Notes: generated from the letters alone by a model not told the origin. A stretch of DNA of 64,000 nt from Acholeplasmataceae bacterium (GCA_963667565.1 OY763415.1:1440001-1504000); one strand, 5' to 3'; shown: positions 24,849 to 34,680, counted from the first letter of the stretch. Numbers and translations: made by a program.

Positions 24849-26804
24849 TTATGCTTTTAAAACTGATTCTACATATGCTGCAAAATCTTCCTTTGTAAAT
24901 TTAAAATATTTCACTGCTTCTTCAATTGGTGCACTAACACCAAATGAATCTAGACCATATACGTTTCTACAATATTTGTACCAAGGCATTGAACTTGCCA
25001 TTTCTACAGCTATTTTTTTAGCTCTTGGAGGCAAAATTTCTTTTTGATACTTTTTAGTTGATTGATCAAATAAATACATTGAAGGCATACTGACCACTCT
25101 TAAGTCATATCCTTTTTCTTTTAGTATTTGTTCAGTTTCTAGAGCAAGTTCAACTTCAGAACCAGATGCCACAATAATACCTTGAAGTTCTTTTTCTTCA
25201 GCTTTAACGACATAAGCACCTTGGATGAGTCCTTCATATGAGGTTTGTTCTTGACTTTCTACATTTTGTCTTGTTAAAACGATGACGGTTGGTGTTGATT
25301 TTGATTCAATAGCAACTTTCCAAGCAGCAACTGTTTCTTTTGCATCTGCTGGATGAATGACATTTAAGTTAGGAATAGCTCTTAATCCAGCAAGCTGTTC
25401 CACTGGTTGATGTGTTGGTCCATCTTCTCCAACACCTATAGAGTCATGAGTAAAGACAAAGATCGATGGAATTTGCATGATTGCTGCAAGTCTGATTGAT
25501 GGCTTCATGTAATCACTGAAGACAAAGAATCCACCTGCAAAAGCTTTAAGTCCACCATGTAAAACAATACCATTTGTGATAGCTGCCATAGCATGTTCTC
25601 TAACACCAAAGTTGATATTTCTACCAATTCTATGTTCCCTAGAAAAATGACCATCCGCACCTTTGGCTTTTGTAGAAGCGGTTAAATCTGCTGAACCACC
25701 TACAATAAATGGATATTTTTCTGATAAAAGGTTGATAACTTTTCCACTTATATTTCGAGTTGCTTCACTCTTAGTAGAAACAATTTGATCAAAATCACTT
25801 AAATCAACTGTAACGTCTTGATTTAAATATGATTCAAATGCTTCATAAAGTTTTGGATATGCTTGTTTGTATTCTAAAAGCATATTATTCCATTTTCTAT
25901 GTACTCTTTGTCCTCTTAAAAATACACGTTTACGATAGTAACTATATACTTCATGAGGAATTTCAAATGGTTGATAGGTCCAATTTAAATTTTTGCTTAA
26001 AACTTCTCTTTGAGCATCTCCGATTGCTGCGCCATGTACCTTTGAAGTACCAGCTAAATCAGTACCATAACCAATCACTGTTTTTACTTCAATGATTGAA
26101 GGTTTATTCGTTTCTTTTTTGGCTTTATTAAGCGCTTTTTGAATATTAACTAAATCATTGCCGTCAGCAACTGATAAATATTGCCATCCCATAGCTTCAA
26201 ATTTTTGTTTGATTTGATCACTATTTGCTAAATTGACAGGTCCATCTAATTGGATATCATTAGAATCAAATAATACGATAAGTTTACCTAATCCTAAATG
26301 GCCAGCTAAACTTGCAGATTCTAGTGCAACACCTTCTTGTAAATCACCATCACCACAAATCACATATGTGTGATGATTAATGACTTCAAAACCTTCTTGG
26401 TTAAACTTTGCTGCTAAATGTGCTTCAGCTAATGCCATACCAACAGCATTTGAAATACCTTGTCCAAGTGGGCCAGAAGTTGTTTCTACACCTTCAGTGT
26501 GTCCATATTCAGGATGCCCAGGTGTTTTTCCAATTTGTCTAAAATTTTTAATATCATCAATAGAAATATTGTATCCAGAAAGATGATTGATTGCATATAG
26601 CAACATTGAACCATGACCAGCAGATAATATAAATCTATCTCTATTGATCCAGTTTTGTTTTTTAATGTCGATGTTTAAATTTTCGGTGAATAATTGAAAA
26701 GCCATTGGTGCAGCATCAAGTACAATGCCTGGATGTCCACTGTTTGCTTTATTGATTGCGTCTACCCCCAAAAACCTAATGGCATTAATCGCTAAATCTT
26801 TCAT
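24849..26804 (-). CDS. tkt: transketolase
   Basis: SGHPG, GHPE, GDGDLQEG, THDSIGVGEDGPTHQP. Confidence 0.97.
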   Translation of the reverse strand: MKDLAINAIRFLGVDAINKANSGHPGIVLDAAPMAFQLFTENLNIDIKKQNWINRDRFILSAGHGSMLLYAINHLSGYNISIDDIKNFRQIGKTPGHPEYGHTEGVETTSGPLGQGISNAVGMALAEAHLAAKFNQEGFEVINHHTYVICGDGDLQEGVALESASLAGHLGLGKLIVLFDSNDIQLDGPVNLANSDQIKQKFEAMGWQYLSVADGNDLVNIQKALNKAKKETNKPSIIEVKTVIGYGTDLAGTSKVHGAAIGDAQREVLSKNLNWTYQPFEIPHEVYSYYRKRVFLRGQRVHRKWNNMLLEYKQAYPKLYEAFESYLNQDVTVDLSDFDQIVSTKSEATRNISGKVINLLSEKYPFIVGGSADLTASTKAKGADGHFSREHRIGRNINFGVREHAMAAITNGIVLHGGLKAFAGGFFVFSDYMKPSIRLAAIMQIPSIFVFTHDSIGVGEDGPTHQPVEQLAGLRAIPNLNVIHPADAKETVAAWKVAIESKSTPTVIVLTRQNVESQEQTSYEGLIQGAYVVKAEEKELQGIIVASGSEVELALETEQILKEKGYDLRVVSMPSMYLFDQSTKKYQKEILPPRAKKIAVEMASSMPWYKYCRNVYGLDSFGVSAPIEEAVKYFKFTKEDFAAYVESVLKA

Positions 26805-26806
26805 AA

Positions 26807-27433
26807 TTATTTTTCCTTATCTTCTATATTTTCTTCTTCTACGATTTCTTCTTGAGGTTGTTCTGGTTGTTTATCATCAAAATCAAAGTAGTTTTGATAA
26901 TGTGTTTCTTGTGCTTTTACAAGCTCATCAAATTCTTCAAGACCAATCGTTGTTCTAATATCCTCTTGTGCTTTTATGTTTTCTTCTTTAACGCGTTTAG
27001 ATGTAATTCTGGTTTGAAACATATTACTGATAAATACGATTGCTAAAAGTCCAAGTAAAACTTGAATCATATAATTTGGTAAATATAATGCTGATAATGT
27101 CGCAACAATCAAATAAAGTGCAATGGTAGGAATCATAAAAAAGTAATTGATCTTTTTAGAGATTTCACCAGCTTTAATTAAAAATCCTAACCAAATGGTA
27201 TTGATTTCTAATTCATAAAAAGGTTTTAATGCCTCGTAATATGATTTTTCAATAAGTACGCGGTACTCATTTGATCCATCAGATGTCCAAATAGCAAACT
27301 TGCCTCTACCTGCATATTGAGTTAAATACATCGTTTCACTCATGTCATAAAATGCAACTTTAGTATCACCTATAAATTGCACTTCAAATGGTTCGTTTTT
27401 TAGACTTTTAAATACTTTAGGGTTTAATTTCAT
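26807..27433 (-). CDS. hypothetical membrane protein (two hydrophobic segments, acidic tail)
   Basis: 208-aa ORF with GGAGG RBS; no family recognised. Confidence 0.7.
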   Translation of the reverse strand: MKLNPKVFKSLKNEPFEVQFIGDTKVAFYDMSETMYLTQYAGRGKFAIWTSDGSNEYRVLIEKSYYEALKPFYELEINTIWLGFLIKAGEISKKINYFFMIPTIALYLIVATLSALYLPNYMIQVLLGLLAIVFISNMFQTRITSKRVKEENIKAQEDIRTTIGLEEFDELVKAQETHYQNYFDFDDKQPEQPQEEIVEEENIEDKEK

Positions 27434-27521
27434 CGTTTAATACCTCCAACAATATCATTATATCATTAACTAAATGTATTCATTTAGATTATGTAAATTA
27501 ATACGAACTTATGGGATTAAA

Positions 27522-27631
27522 AATCCCCATCAAGCATCACCACCCACATAATAGACTATGCTTATGGCTGCTTCGATCAAGACCTGACCAGGTTCACAAG
27601 CTACTATTGAGTGATGATGCTTGATAGGGAC
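27522..27631 (-). ncRNA. ffs: SRP RNA (small bacterial type)
   Basis: Long hairpin (CCCTATCAAGCATCA / TGATGCTTGATGGGG) with domain IV GTCAGG..GAAGCAGC; downstream of tadA as in many Firmicutes. Confidence 0.88.
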
Positions 27632-27632
27632 T

Positions 27633-28100
27633 TTATTTCTTTCTTAACGTCTTAAAAAAAGATTTGAGTAGTGCTTCGCTTTCATCAGATAAAATGTCAC
27701 CTTCACATGCTACATGATGATTAAATTTGATGTCAAATAAGTTTAATAAACTGTTTGCAGAACCTGATTTTGGATCTTTAGCACCATAATATACTTTTTT
27801 AACTCTCGATTGAATCATTGCACCAGCACACATTGGACACGGTTCTAGTGTAACATAAATCTCACAATCTTCGAGTCGCCAACTGCCTATTTTTTTAGCA
27901 GCTTTCATCATTGCTAAAAATTCAGCATGGCCATGAAATTGTTGTTTTTCTTCTCTTAAATTATGCGCTCTGGCAATAATCTTATCTTGATAAACAACCA
28001 CCGCACCAACTGGAACTTCACCTTTTTCATAAGCTTTGTTCGCTTCTTTTAGTGCAGCTTTCATGTATTTATATTTTTTTAGGTTTTCCTGGGACTTCAT
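27633..28100 (-). CDS. tadA: tRNA adenosine(34) deaminase
   Basis: EVPVGAV, HAE, TLEPCPMCAGA; start uncertain. Confidence 0.92.
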   Translation of the reverse strand: MKSQENLKKYKYMKAALKEANKAYEKGEVPVGAVVVYQDKIIARAHNLREEKQQFHGHAEFLAMMKAAKKIGSWRLEDCEIYVTLEPCPMCAGAMIQSRVKKVYYGAKDPKSGSANSLLNLFDIKFNHHVACEGDILSDESEALLKSFFKTLRKK

Positions 28101-28659
28101 GATAATGTCTCGATCTTGGTTCATAAGACTCGTTTGCACCAATAAGCACTAAAGGATCATTATAATTGGCAGGTTTACCATCAATGATACGTTGTGTTCT
28201 AGTTGCCGGTAACCCACTCTTAACACAAATCGCTGTGAGTTTAGTAACAAACTCTGCTCTTGCTAAGAGTTCTGGCATTGGGCCAAAAGGTTCGCCTCTA
28301 AAATCACGATCTAGTCCACCAACAATGACTCTTATACCTTTGTCAGCTAACGATTCAGCAATACCCACGATATCAGCATCAAAAAATTGCACCTCATCGA
28401 TAACAACAGCATCCGTATCTTCTTTAACATGGTTAAGGACTTCAATGCTATTTTCAATAATAATTGATGGTTTTTTGCTTAAATTATGAGAAACAATCTC
28501 TTCTTTAGCATATCTTATGTCTATAGCTGGTTTAAATACTAAAACATTTTGTTTTGCGTATTCCAATCTTTTAATGCGTCTTATGAGCTCTTCAGTTTTT
28601 CCTGCGAACATAGGTCCACATACTACTTCGATAAAGCCGTTTTTATAAGTGTGATACAT
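28069..28659 (-). CDS. tdk: thymidine kinase
   Basis: GPMFAGKTEEL, IDEVQF, GLDRDFRGEPF. Confidence 0.96.
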   Translation of the reverse strand: MYHTYKNGFIEVVCGPMFAGKTEELIRRIKRLEYAKQNVLVFKPAIDIRYAKEEIVSHNLSKKPSIIIENSIEVLNHVKEDTDAVVIDEVQFFDADIVGIAESLADKGIRVIVGGLDRDFRGEPFGPMPELLARAEFVTKLTAICVKSGLPATRTQRIIDGKPANYNDPLVLIGANESYEPRSRHYHEVPGKPKKI

Positions 28660-28714
28660 AACAAATCCCCTTAGTTTTATCCCTTTTTAACAAAAAACGT
28701 GATGATTGATCACG

Positions 28715-28939
28715 TTATTCGTTGTCTTTTTTGTTTGCATTAATGCCGTAACGTTTATTGAATTTTTCAACACGTCCAGCAGCTTGAATGAATGATTGTT
28801 GACCTGTGTAGAATGGATGACAATTTGAACAAGTATCTATTCTAAAATCTTTAGCTGTGGTACCAACTTCGTGTTCATGACCACATGTAGAACATTTTAC
28901 TTTAATCACTCTATATTCTGGGTGAATTCCTTTTTTCAT
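28715..28939 (-). CDS. rpmE: 50S ribosomal protein L31 (Zn-binding type)
   Basis: MKKGIHPEY, CSTC, CSNCHPFYTG. Confidence 0.96.
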   Translation of the reverse strand: MKKGIHPEYRVIKVKCSTCGHEHEVGTTAKDFRIDTCSNCHPFYTGQQSFIQAAGRVEKFNKRYGINANKKDNE

Positions 28940-28944
28940 TTGAG

Positions 28945-28985
28945 ACTCTCCTTCCGCCATAGCATTAAGCCATAGTAAGTTTTCG
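28945..28985 (-). promoter_or_regulatory. candidate L31 leader hairpin
   Basis: CTATGGC-TTAAT-GCTATGG hairpin directly before CGGAAGGAG RBS. Confidence 0.45.
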
Positions 28986-28992
28986 CGAATAC

Positions 28993-29021
28993 ATTATATC
29001 ATTATAGATAATGATTGACAA
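28993..29021 (-). promoter_or_regulatory. promoter of rpmE-tdk-tadA
   Basis: TTGTCA-N17-TATAAT. Confidence 0.75.
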
Positions 29022-29046
29022 GTCTTATATAATAAAAATCTGCTTT

Positions 29047-29565
29047 TTAACTTTTTTCATTGTGAGTTGCTTGCCAAACACTTAAAAATTTCGTTGAAAT
29101 GAGTCCCGTAAGTACACCAGCAGGTACACTAACAAGTAACATCACAGGAAGCCAATACATGATGGCTGATGAACCTAAAACAAAAATACCAACAATGATT
29201 TGACCAATCGCGTGACTGACTGAACCTAAAACACTTACACCTACAATACCAAAGAAATCTGCTTTTTTAAGTAAAGCCATCGCTATAATGGAAAGTGCTG
29301 CACCTCCAAGTCCTAAATAGAATACTGGACCCAAAAATTTACCCGTGATGATGGATACTAAGATAATGCGTAACACTGTCAGTGCTACACCTTCTTTGAC
29401 ACCATATAAATAAATAACGACAAGAGTAACAATATTAGCAAATCCGATTTTTGATCCTGGGATTGGAAGTATATTTAAGTATAAACTTTCAATTACATTT
29501 AAGACAATACTCACTGCAAGTAAGTTTGCAAGTAATACCATTTTTTTTGTTTGTTTTCTATTCAT
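29047..29565 (-). CDS. Gx transporter family / heptaprenyl-PP synthase component I-like membrane protein (EetB-like)
   Basis: IPGSKIGFANI, LRI, GVSVLGSVSHAIGQ; about 5 TM segments. Confidence 0.85.
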   Translation of the reverse strand: MNRKQTKKMVLLANLLAVSIVLNVIESLYLNILPIPGSKIGFANIVTLVVIYLYGVKEGVALTVLRIILVSIITGKFLGPVFYLGLGGAALSIIAMALLKKADFFGIVGVSVLGSVSHAIGQIIVGIFVLGSSAIMYWLPVMLLVSVPAGVLTGLISTKFLSVWQATHNEKS

Positions 29566-29572
29566 ATGTCAC

Positions 29573-30058
29573 CTACTGTATAAAATCAATAGTTGAACTG
29601 GTTGCATCAAATTCAACTCTGATTTGATTTGGTAAACAGATGAGTGGTGCTGCAGTAGACCATCCTTGTTTGCTACACACATGAAGAGGACTCTTTTCAT
29701 CTTTAACTCTAATTCTATCTTGACTAAAATCGACAGCAATGATGACTTCTTGTCTTATATCACCAACCGTATAATCGCCTAATAATGTGATTTCTGTGTA
29801 TCCATCTTCACCATTTAAATTAATGGATGGGTATGTATTCATATATGATTCATCAACAGATTGCTCATAATTAATAACCACTGTATCTTGACTAAAATCA
29901 ACAGTAACAATCGGTTCACCTGTACCATAATAAATGTAGGCATATGTCGATTGTCCTGTATAAATAACTAATTTAAATATCAAAAAAAGCGCAACAAAAA
30001 CAACAACTAATATAGTCATCATATATATATCTCTTTTGCGCTTTGTTTTTTGATTCAT
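29573..30058 (-). CDS. NusG domain II-containing membrane-anchored protein (EetA-like)
   Basis: N-terminal TM; SPLHVCSKQGW..PLICLPNQI motif. Confidence 0.82.
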   Translation of the reverse strand: MNQKTKRKRDIYMMTILVVVFVALFLIFKLVIYTGQSTYAYIYYGTGEPIVTVDFSQDTVVINYEQSVDESYMNTYPSINLNGEDGYTEITLLGDYTVGDIRQEVIIAVDFSQDRIRVKDEKSPLHVCSKQGWSTAAPLICLPNQIRVEFDATSSTIDFIQ

Positions 30059-30060
30059 AC

Positions 30061-31143
30061 TTAATTCCTTTCAAACACTAAATCACCTAATAACGATTGG
30101 GTAATGGTTTCATCATAATTAAATCTAATGTAACTTAAATTAAGTTCGTTTTGATGTGTGTCCATCCATGCATTAAATATGTCATTTGGCATTGAAAACA
30201 GTGCTGTTGATAATGCGTCTAATAGACCAGCATCATCGCCAATCAATGTCACAGTGTGATAATATTGCATAGGCATCTTTGTCACAGGTGATACAATATG
30301 ATGATATCTTAAATCATTATGTAATACAAATTGCTCATAATCGCCACTTGTTGTCACTGATTGATTCATAACATTTTGAACAGTTCCATAGGTGCCACTC
30401 TGATCACAAATCGGACATGTTAATCCAATGTTAAAATAATCTCTATCAACATTAGAATTTAATGCTAAATAAAGTGAGCTGGAACCTGAATTGATGAAAT
30501 AATATTTAACACCTTCTGATGATAAATAATTTGAAATTTGTTGTGTTGCATAACCTTTAGCAATTGCACCGAGGTCAAGTTTTGTATTTTCACCTTGTGT
30601 TTGAATATAATAATGTCCATCAATTTCGCTCAAGTTGAAACCGTTTAATGAAAAATCTAACGCATTAATCGTATCTAAAGCCGCTTGATAATTCACATCA
30701 GGAATGATATTGTTATCATAATTCGCTTCAATAAGTGCTTTCCATACATCAATAGCTTTTCCAATTGTAATATCAAAATAGCCATCAGTTAATGTTTCAA
30801 TAGATTTTGCTTCTTCTAAAATACGATATAATGGTTCATCAATTTCTAATTGTTGACCAGTCTTTTGATTGATTGAATATATATTTTCAAGATATGTGCT
30901 ATCAATTGATAAATCTCTGTAGTTATCAGTTAAATCATGATACATACTTAGCATGTCAACAATATGACTCTCATAGGTTGCAGCAGTTTGATCATCATAG
31001 GTCATAAAATTAACTGTGATAAACGTATTCATATAATCATAGTAATTATAGTTGTATGCGACAAGCGGTTTATCTTCTTTACATGAAAAAAGCGATAACG
31101 TTAATAAAACGCCAATCATTAATAACATAACTTTCTTCATCAA
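30061..31143 (-). CDS. apbE: FAD:protein FMN transferase lipoprotein (ApbE/FmnB)
   Basis: Lipobox LFSC; FDITIG, DLGAIAKGYA, TSGDYE, HHIVSP, DALSTA. Confidence 0.93.
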   Translation of the reverse strand: MMKKVMLLMIGVLLTLSLFSCKEDKPLVAYNYNYYDYMNTFITVNFMTYDDQTAATYESHIVDMLSMYHDLTDNYRDLSIDSTYLENIYSINQKTGQQLEIDEPLYRILEEAKSIETLTDGYFDITIGKAIDVWKALIEANYDNNIIPDVNYQAALDTINALDFSLNGFNLSEIDGHYYIQTQGENTKLDLGAIAKGYATQQISNYLSSEGVKYYFINSGSSSLYLALNSNVDRDYFNIGLTCPICDQSGTYGTVQNVMNQSVTTSGDYEQFVLHNDLRYHHIVSPVTKMPMQYYHTVTLIGDDAGLLDALSTALFSMPNDIFNAWMDTHQNELNLSYIRFNYDETITQSLLGDLVFERN

Positions 31144-31160
31144 AAAACCTCCTTACTTAA

Positions 31161-31188
31161 TGAAAGAAAAGGACATGCTTATGTCCTA
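31161..31188 (-). terminator. possible weak terminator after rnfB-like gene
   Basis: AGGACAT-AAGC-ATGTCCT followed by TTTCTTTC on minus strand. Confidence 0.45.
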
Positions 31189-31503
31189 AATCTTTACATT
31201 TACGGTTGAACCATCTTTATTAGGATGGTCTTTTAAATATTCTAAAATAGGGTTAAAGTTTTTATCAACTTTACCTGGTTTACATTTGGCTAAGTGTGTG
31301 ACTTCACCACTGATGATTGCTTCAGCAAAAGCTCTACATCCAGGTGTTCCACATGCGCCACAGTTATATTTAGGTAACAACTCTTCAAGTGCATCAATTC
31401 TTGGGTCTTCTTCAACAGTCAAATACTTGTTTGCTAATGAAAGAATCACACCTAATGCAATTGCTAATATACCTAATACAATGAAAGGATAAACATTTTC
31501 CAT
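31186..31503 (-). CDS. truncated RnfB-like protein (TM helix and N-terminal FeS domain only)
   Basis: EEDPRI..LLPKYNCGACGTPGC..FAEAI..C; no ferredoxin CxxCxxC repeats. Confidence 0.85.
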   Translation of the reverse strand: MENVYPFIVLGILAIALGVILSLANKYLTVEEDPRIDALEELLPKYNCGACGTPGCRAFAEAIISGEVTHLAKCKPGKVDKNFNPILEYLKDHPNKDGSTVNVKI

Positions 31504-31724
31504 TATAATTTAACCTCCTTCATAAACTCTAAAGTTTCTTGAAGTTTAGGGTCAGTTAAACTACAAGATGAGGTGCCTGCAACACTACATGATTCACATG
31601 ATTGTGCATCTATATATGCTTGTTCACAGCCTTCAGGAATTTTTGTTTTATCATTTAAAATACCTGTACCCACATATAATATGATTAAAAACAAGACGGC
31701 ACCTATTGCAATAAATATTTGCAT
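31503..31724 (-). CDS. small membrane-anchored 4-Cys hypothetical protein
   Basis: TM helix plus PEGC..CESC..C; TAATG overlaps with both neighbours. Confidence 0.75.
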   Translation of the reverse strand: MQIFIAIGAVLFLIILYVGTGILNDKTKIPEGCEQAYIDAQSCESCSVAGTSSCSLTDPKLQETLEFMKEVKL

Positions 31725-32296
31725 TAAATAATACCTGCCAATCCCATAAAAGCGAGAGCCATAAGACTTGCTGTGATAAGTGCAATTGGCATCCCTTTTA
31801 AGGCTTTTGGTGTGTTTGCGGCATTAAGTTTAATACGTATTGCAGCAAACGCAATGATAACGAGTGCATAACCTAGTGCAGATCCAAGTGCATACATAAG
31901 TGCAGCTGGATAAGTTGTTGGAGATGCCACATTGGTTAATGCTACACCTAAAACAGCACAGTTAGTTGCAATTAATGGTAGATAAACCCCAAGTGCTTTA
32001 TATAAGCTCTTGCTCACTTTTTTAATCACAAGTTCAGTTAATTGAACAAGTGCAGCAATAACTAAGATAAATGCAATTGTACTAATATAAGTAATTTTTA
32101 AGTCTACTAAAACATAATGATAAATTGGCCAAGTGATCGCTGCTGATAGCATAATAACAACCAATACAGCAAAACTCATACCAACAACTGATTTCATCTT
32201 TGTTGAAACACCAAAGAATGAACATAATCCTAAAAATTGCATCAATACGATATTATTGATCAAGAGTGAAGAAATTAAAATAGCTAATAAATCCAT
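31724..32296 (-). CDS. rnfA: Rnf complex subunit A
   Basis: NNIVLMQFLGLCSF, LPLIATNCAVLG. Confidence 0.94.
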   Translation of the reverse strand: MDLLAILISSLLINNIVLMQFLGLCSFFGVSTKMKSVVGMSFAVLVVIMLSAAITWPIYHYVLVDLKITYISTIAFILVIAALVQLTELVIKKVSKSLYKALGVYLPLIATNCAVLGVALTNVASPTTYPAALMYALGSALGYALVIIAFAAIRIKLNAANTPKALKGMPIALITASLMALAFMGLAGII

Positions 32297-33087
32297 TATG
32301 CTTCAACTCCTTTCACTGGTGCTTTTGCTTTTGCTTCTGCAGCTGCTTTTAAACGAGCGGCTTTTGCTTTTTCAGCGTCTTTAATCTTTTTAGCGTTTGT
32401 ACGTGCTGTAAAGATTGCAAGTAAAAGTCCAATAATTAAGAACCCTCCTGGAGGTTGTACAAGTAGCGCTAAACCATATTCTTGTAATCCCCATGATGTG
32501 AATAACTCCGTTTGGAATCCAAGTGGTAATACATAACCAAGTTTAATCACACCTGTGCCAAAGAATTCTCTAACAAATCCAATAATCGTAAGTGCTAATG
32601 TAAATCCAAGTGCTGTCCCCATACCATCAAGTATAGATGGAAACACTTTATTTTTAGATGCAAATGCTTCTGCACGACCTAAAATAATACAATTAACAAC
32701 AATTAATGCCAAATAAACACCAAGTGAAGCACTTAAATCAGGAGCAAATGCATCAACTAACATTTGCATTGCAGTAACTTCAGTGGCAATAATAATAACA
32801 TATGATGGAATACGAACCGTCGATGGTACAAAGTTTCTAATAGAAGAAACCACCAAATTACTAATTGTTAATATAACAAATACAAGTAATCCCATCCCAA
32901 AACCAGCTTCAAGTGTTGTGGTTACAGCAAGTGCAGGGCACATACCTAAAACCATAACAAATACACCGTTTTCTTTCCATATACCTTTAGTGAATGTAGA
33001 CCATAACGATGGATCATCTGCATTTTTCTTTTTAGCAGGCACTTTTGCAGGTACCTTTTTAACTACTTTTTCATTTGCGTCAGTCAT
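32296..33087 (-). CDS. rnfE: Rnf complex subunit E
   Basis: LGMCPALAVT, LIVVNCIILGRAE, PPGGF; Lys/Ala-rich tails. Confidence 0.94.
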   Translation of the reverse strand: MTDANEKVVKKVPAKVPAKKKNADDPSLWSTFTKGIWKENGVFVMVLGMCPALAVTTTLEAGFGMGLLVFVILTISNLVVSSIRNFVPSTVRIPSYVIIIATEVTAMQMLVDAFAPDLSASLGVYLALIVVNCIILGRAEAFASKNKVFPSILDGMGTALGFTLALTIIGFVREFFGTGVIKLGYVLPLGFQTELFTSWGLQEYGLALLVQPPGGFLIIGLLLAIFTARTNAKKIKDAEKAKAARLKAAAEAKAKAPVKGVEA

Positions 33088-33088
33088 C

Positions 33089-34087
33089 TTATGCCACCTC
33101 ACTTACAAAATACGCTAATAAATCATCAATTAAATTTTTAGTGTATGTCGCACCTGTTTGTAAATCGCCTTGGGCATCTACAATACCAGTAATTTCTTCT
33201 TTTGTCTTACCAATAAACATATCTAAATATTCAAAATTAAGTCTAATATAAGATAATGTGTGTTCATATAAATCTTCAGGCATCACAATGGCGATAATTT
33301 CATCATCGGCATTAAAAATCATTTTTAATGTGATTGATCCAATATCAGTATATCCACGATATGAGTAGGAACCTTCACCAGTCACTGTATAAATATACCC
33401 ACCTTCAGCAACACTTGAAGTAACGATGTTTTCTTTAGCTGTCACATGGGCAGTTGGTAAAAACGCTTGATCAGTCTCAAGTGTGTATCCCTCACCTAAG
33501 TAATCAGCATATGCATTATCAACTGGAGCCTCTGCAGGGTATTCATAAGCTATAGCACTTAACACTTCATTTTTAATCGCGTTTGTACTTTCACTTGCGG
33601 TTGCACCTGAAAGTGCATCTTCTTCAGTTCCTGCATTAAAATAAGGAATATCTTGAACATCAGAATACAAAATATGATCATAATAAGTATAAATATATTT
33701 TTGAATGTTTGAGACATATTGAACACTTTGTTCAAGTGAAACGATACCTACTGTAACAAAATCATTTTCAATACCAACAAGTAACTCAATATATCCATAC
33801 CCTAAATCAGAAGTACTTAAACTATATGTATTTCTAATTTTTACATTATAGATGACACCTAGCGTTCCGCCGTGTTCATCTTTAACTGTTTGTTTGTAAT
33901 CAACAATTGAATAGTTAGTTCCAGATGGATCTTCTATATTAACTTCACTTTCTAAAGTGACTTTTTGCCCAAAAATAAGATCTTCTGGTGTTTGCAGTAC
34001 AAATGCGTTGATACTAACAACAACCAGCACTGCAATTACCACTAAAACAAATGCGTTAACAATTAATTTAAAATTTTCTTTTTTCAT
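33089..34087 (-). CDS. membrane-anchored protein with two putative FMN-attachment motifs
   Basis: N-terminal TM; LSGAT and QTGAT motifs in RnfG-like context. Confidence 0.7.
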   Translation of the reverse strand: MKKENFKLIVNAFVLVVIAVLVVVSINAFVLQTPEDLIFGQKVTLESEVNIEDPSGTNYSIVDYKQTVKDEHGGTLGVIYNVKIRNTYSLSTSDLGYGYIELLVGIENDFVTVGIVSLEQSVQYVSNIQKYIYTYYDHILYSDVQDIPYFNAGTEEDALSGATASESTNAIKNEVLSAIAYEYPAEAPVDNAYADYLGEGYTLETDQAFLPTAHVTAKENIVTSSVAEGGYIYTVTGEGSYSYRGYTDIGSITLKMIFNADDEIIAIVMPEDLYEHTLSYIRLNFEYLDMFIGKTKEEITGIVDAQGDLQTGATYTKNLIDDLLAYFVSEVA

Positions 34088-34680
34088 ACAGATACAGCTC
34101 CTTTCGAAGTTGTAAATGGATCAATTGAAACATTGATGGTTGCAAATGAATCAGCAATATCACTTAAAATACTCACCATTGTGTTTTTACTATAAGTTGC
34201 TCCAGAAACGATATCACCATTTGGAGATAAATCACTAATATCTGTACCAACATATAATGATAAGTTATGTCTTGTTGTGTCTAAATTTAGTGTTTGGTTT
34301 AATGATAAAAATTTAGCTCCAACAATGATACCTTGTGTATCAACTGCAACTACAATTGTCATGCTACCATATCCATTTGTGTCATATCCTTTATAGATAT
34401 AACCAATAATATTTTTATTTGCATCATCCTTTGGAGCATCATATGCTACAACTTTTGACAAAATAGAATTTGCGTCTTGGTCAACGCTTAACGCTTCATA
34501 ACTCACCATTTGAGGTAGTACTTCTTGATAAGCAACAAGTGTAGCTGCTTCTTCATTAGCTGTAATGATTGGTGATGTCCATGCATTAATACCACCAATT
34601 AAAATACCACAAATAATCGCAATCAATGTTAATACTGAAGTGAAGTGAATCATCGGATTCTTATCTAAGAATTGTTTCAT
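34084..34680 (-). CDS. rnfG: Rnf subunit G-like FMN-binding protein
   Basis: N-terminal TM, T.PII, GYG, DIVSGATYS; ATGA overlap with rnfD. Confidence 0.85.
   Translation of the reverse strand: MKQFLDKNPMIHFTSVLTLIAIICGILIGGINAWTSPIITANEEAATLVAYQEVLPQMVSYEALSVDQDANSILSKVVAYDAPKDDANKNIIGYIYKGYDTNGYGSMTIVVAVDTQGIIVGAKFLSLNQTLNLDTTRHNLSLYVGTDISDLSPNGDIVSGATYSKNTMVSILSDIADSFATINVSIDPFTTSKGAVSV

Noticed and set aside
27472..27499. dif-like half-site TTATGTAAATT
   Set aside because: The left XerC arm does not match, and the context (rRNA operon, parAB) is not terminus-like.
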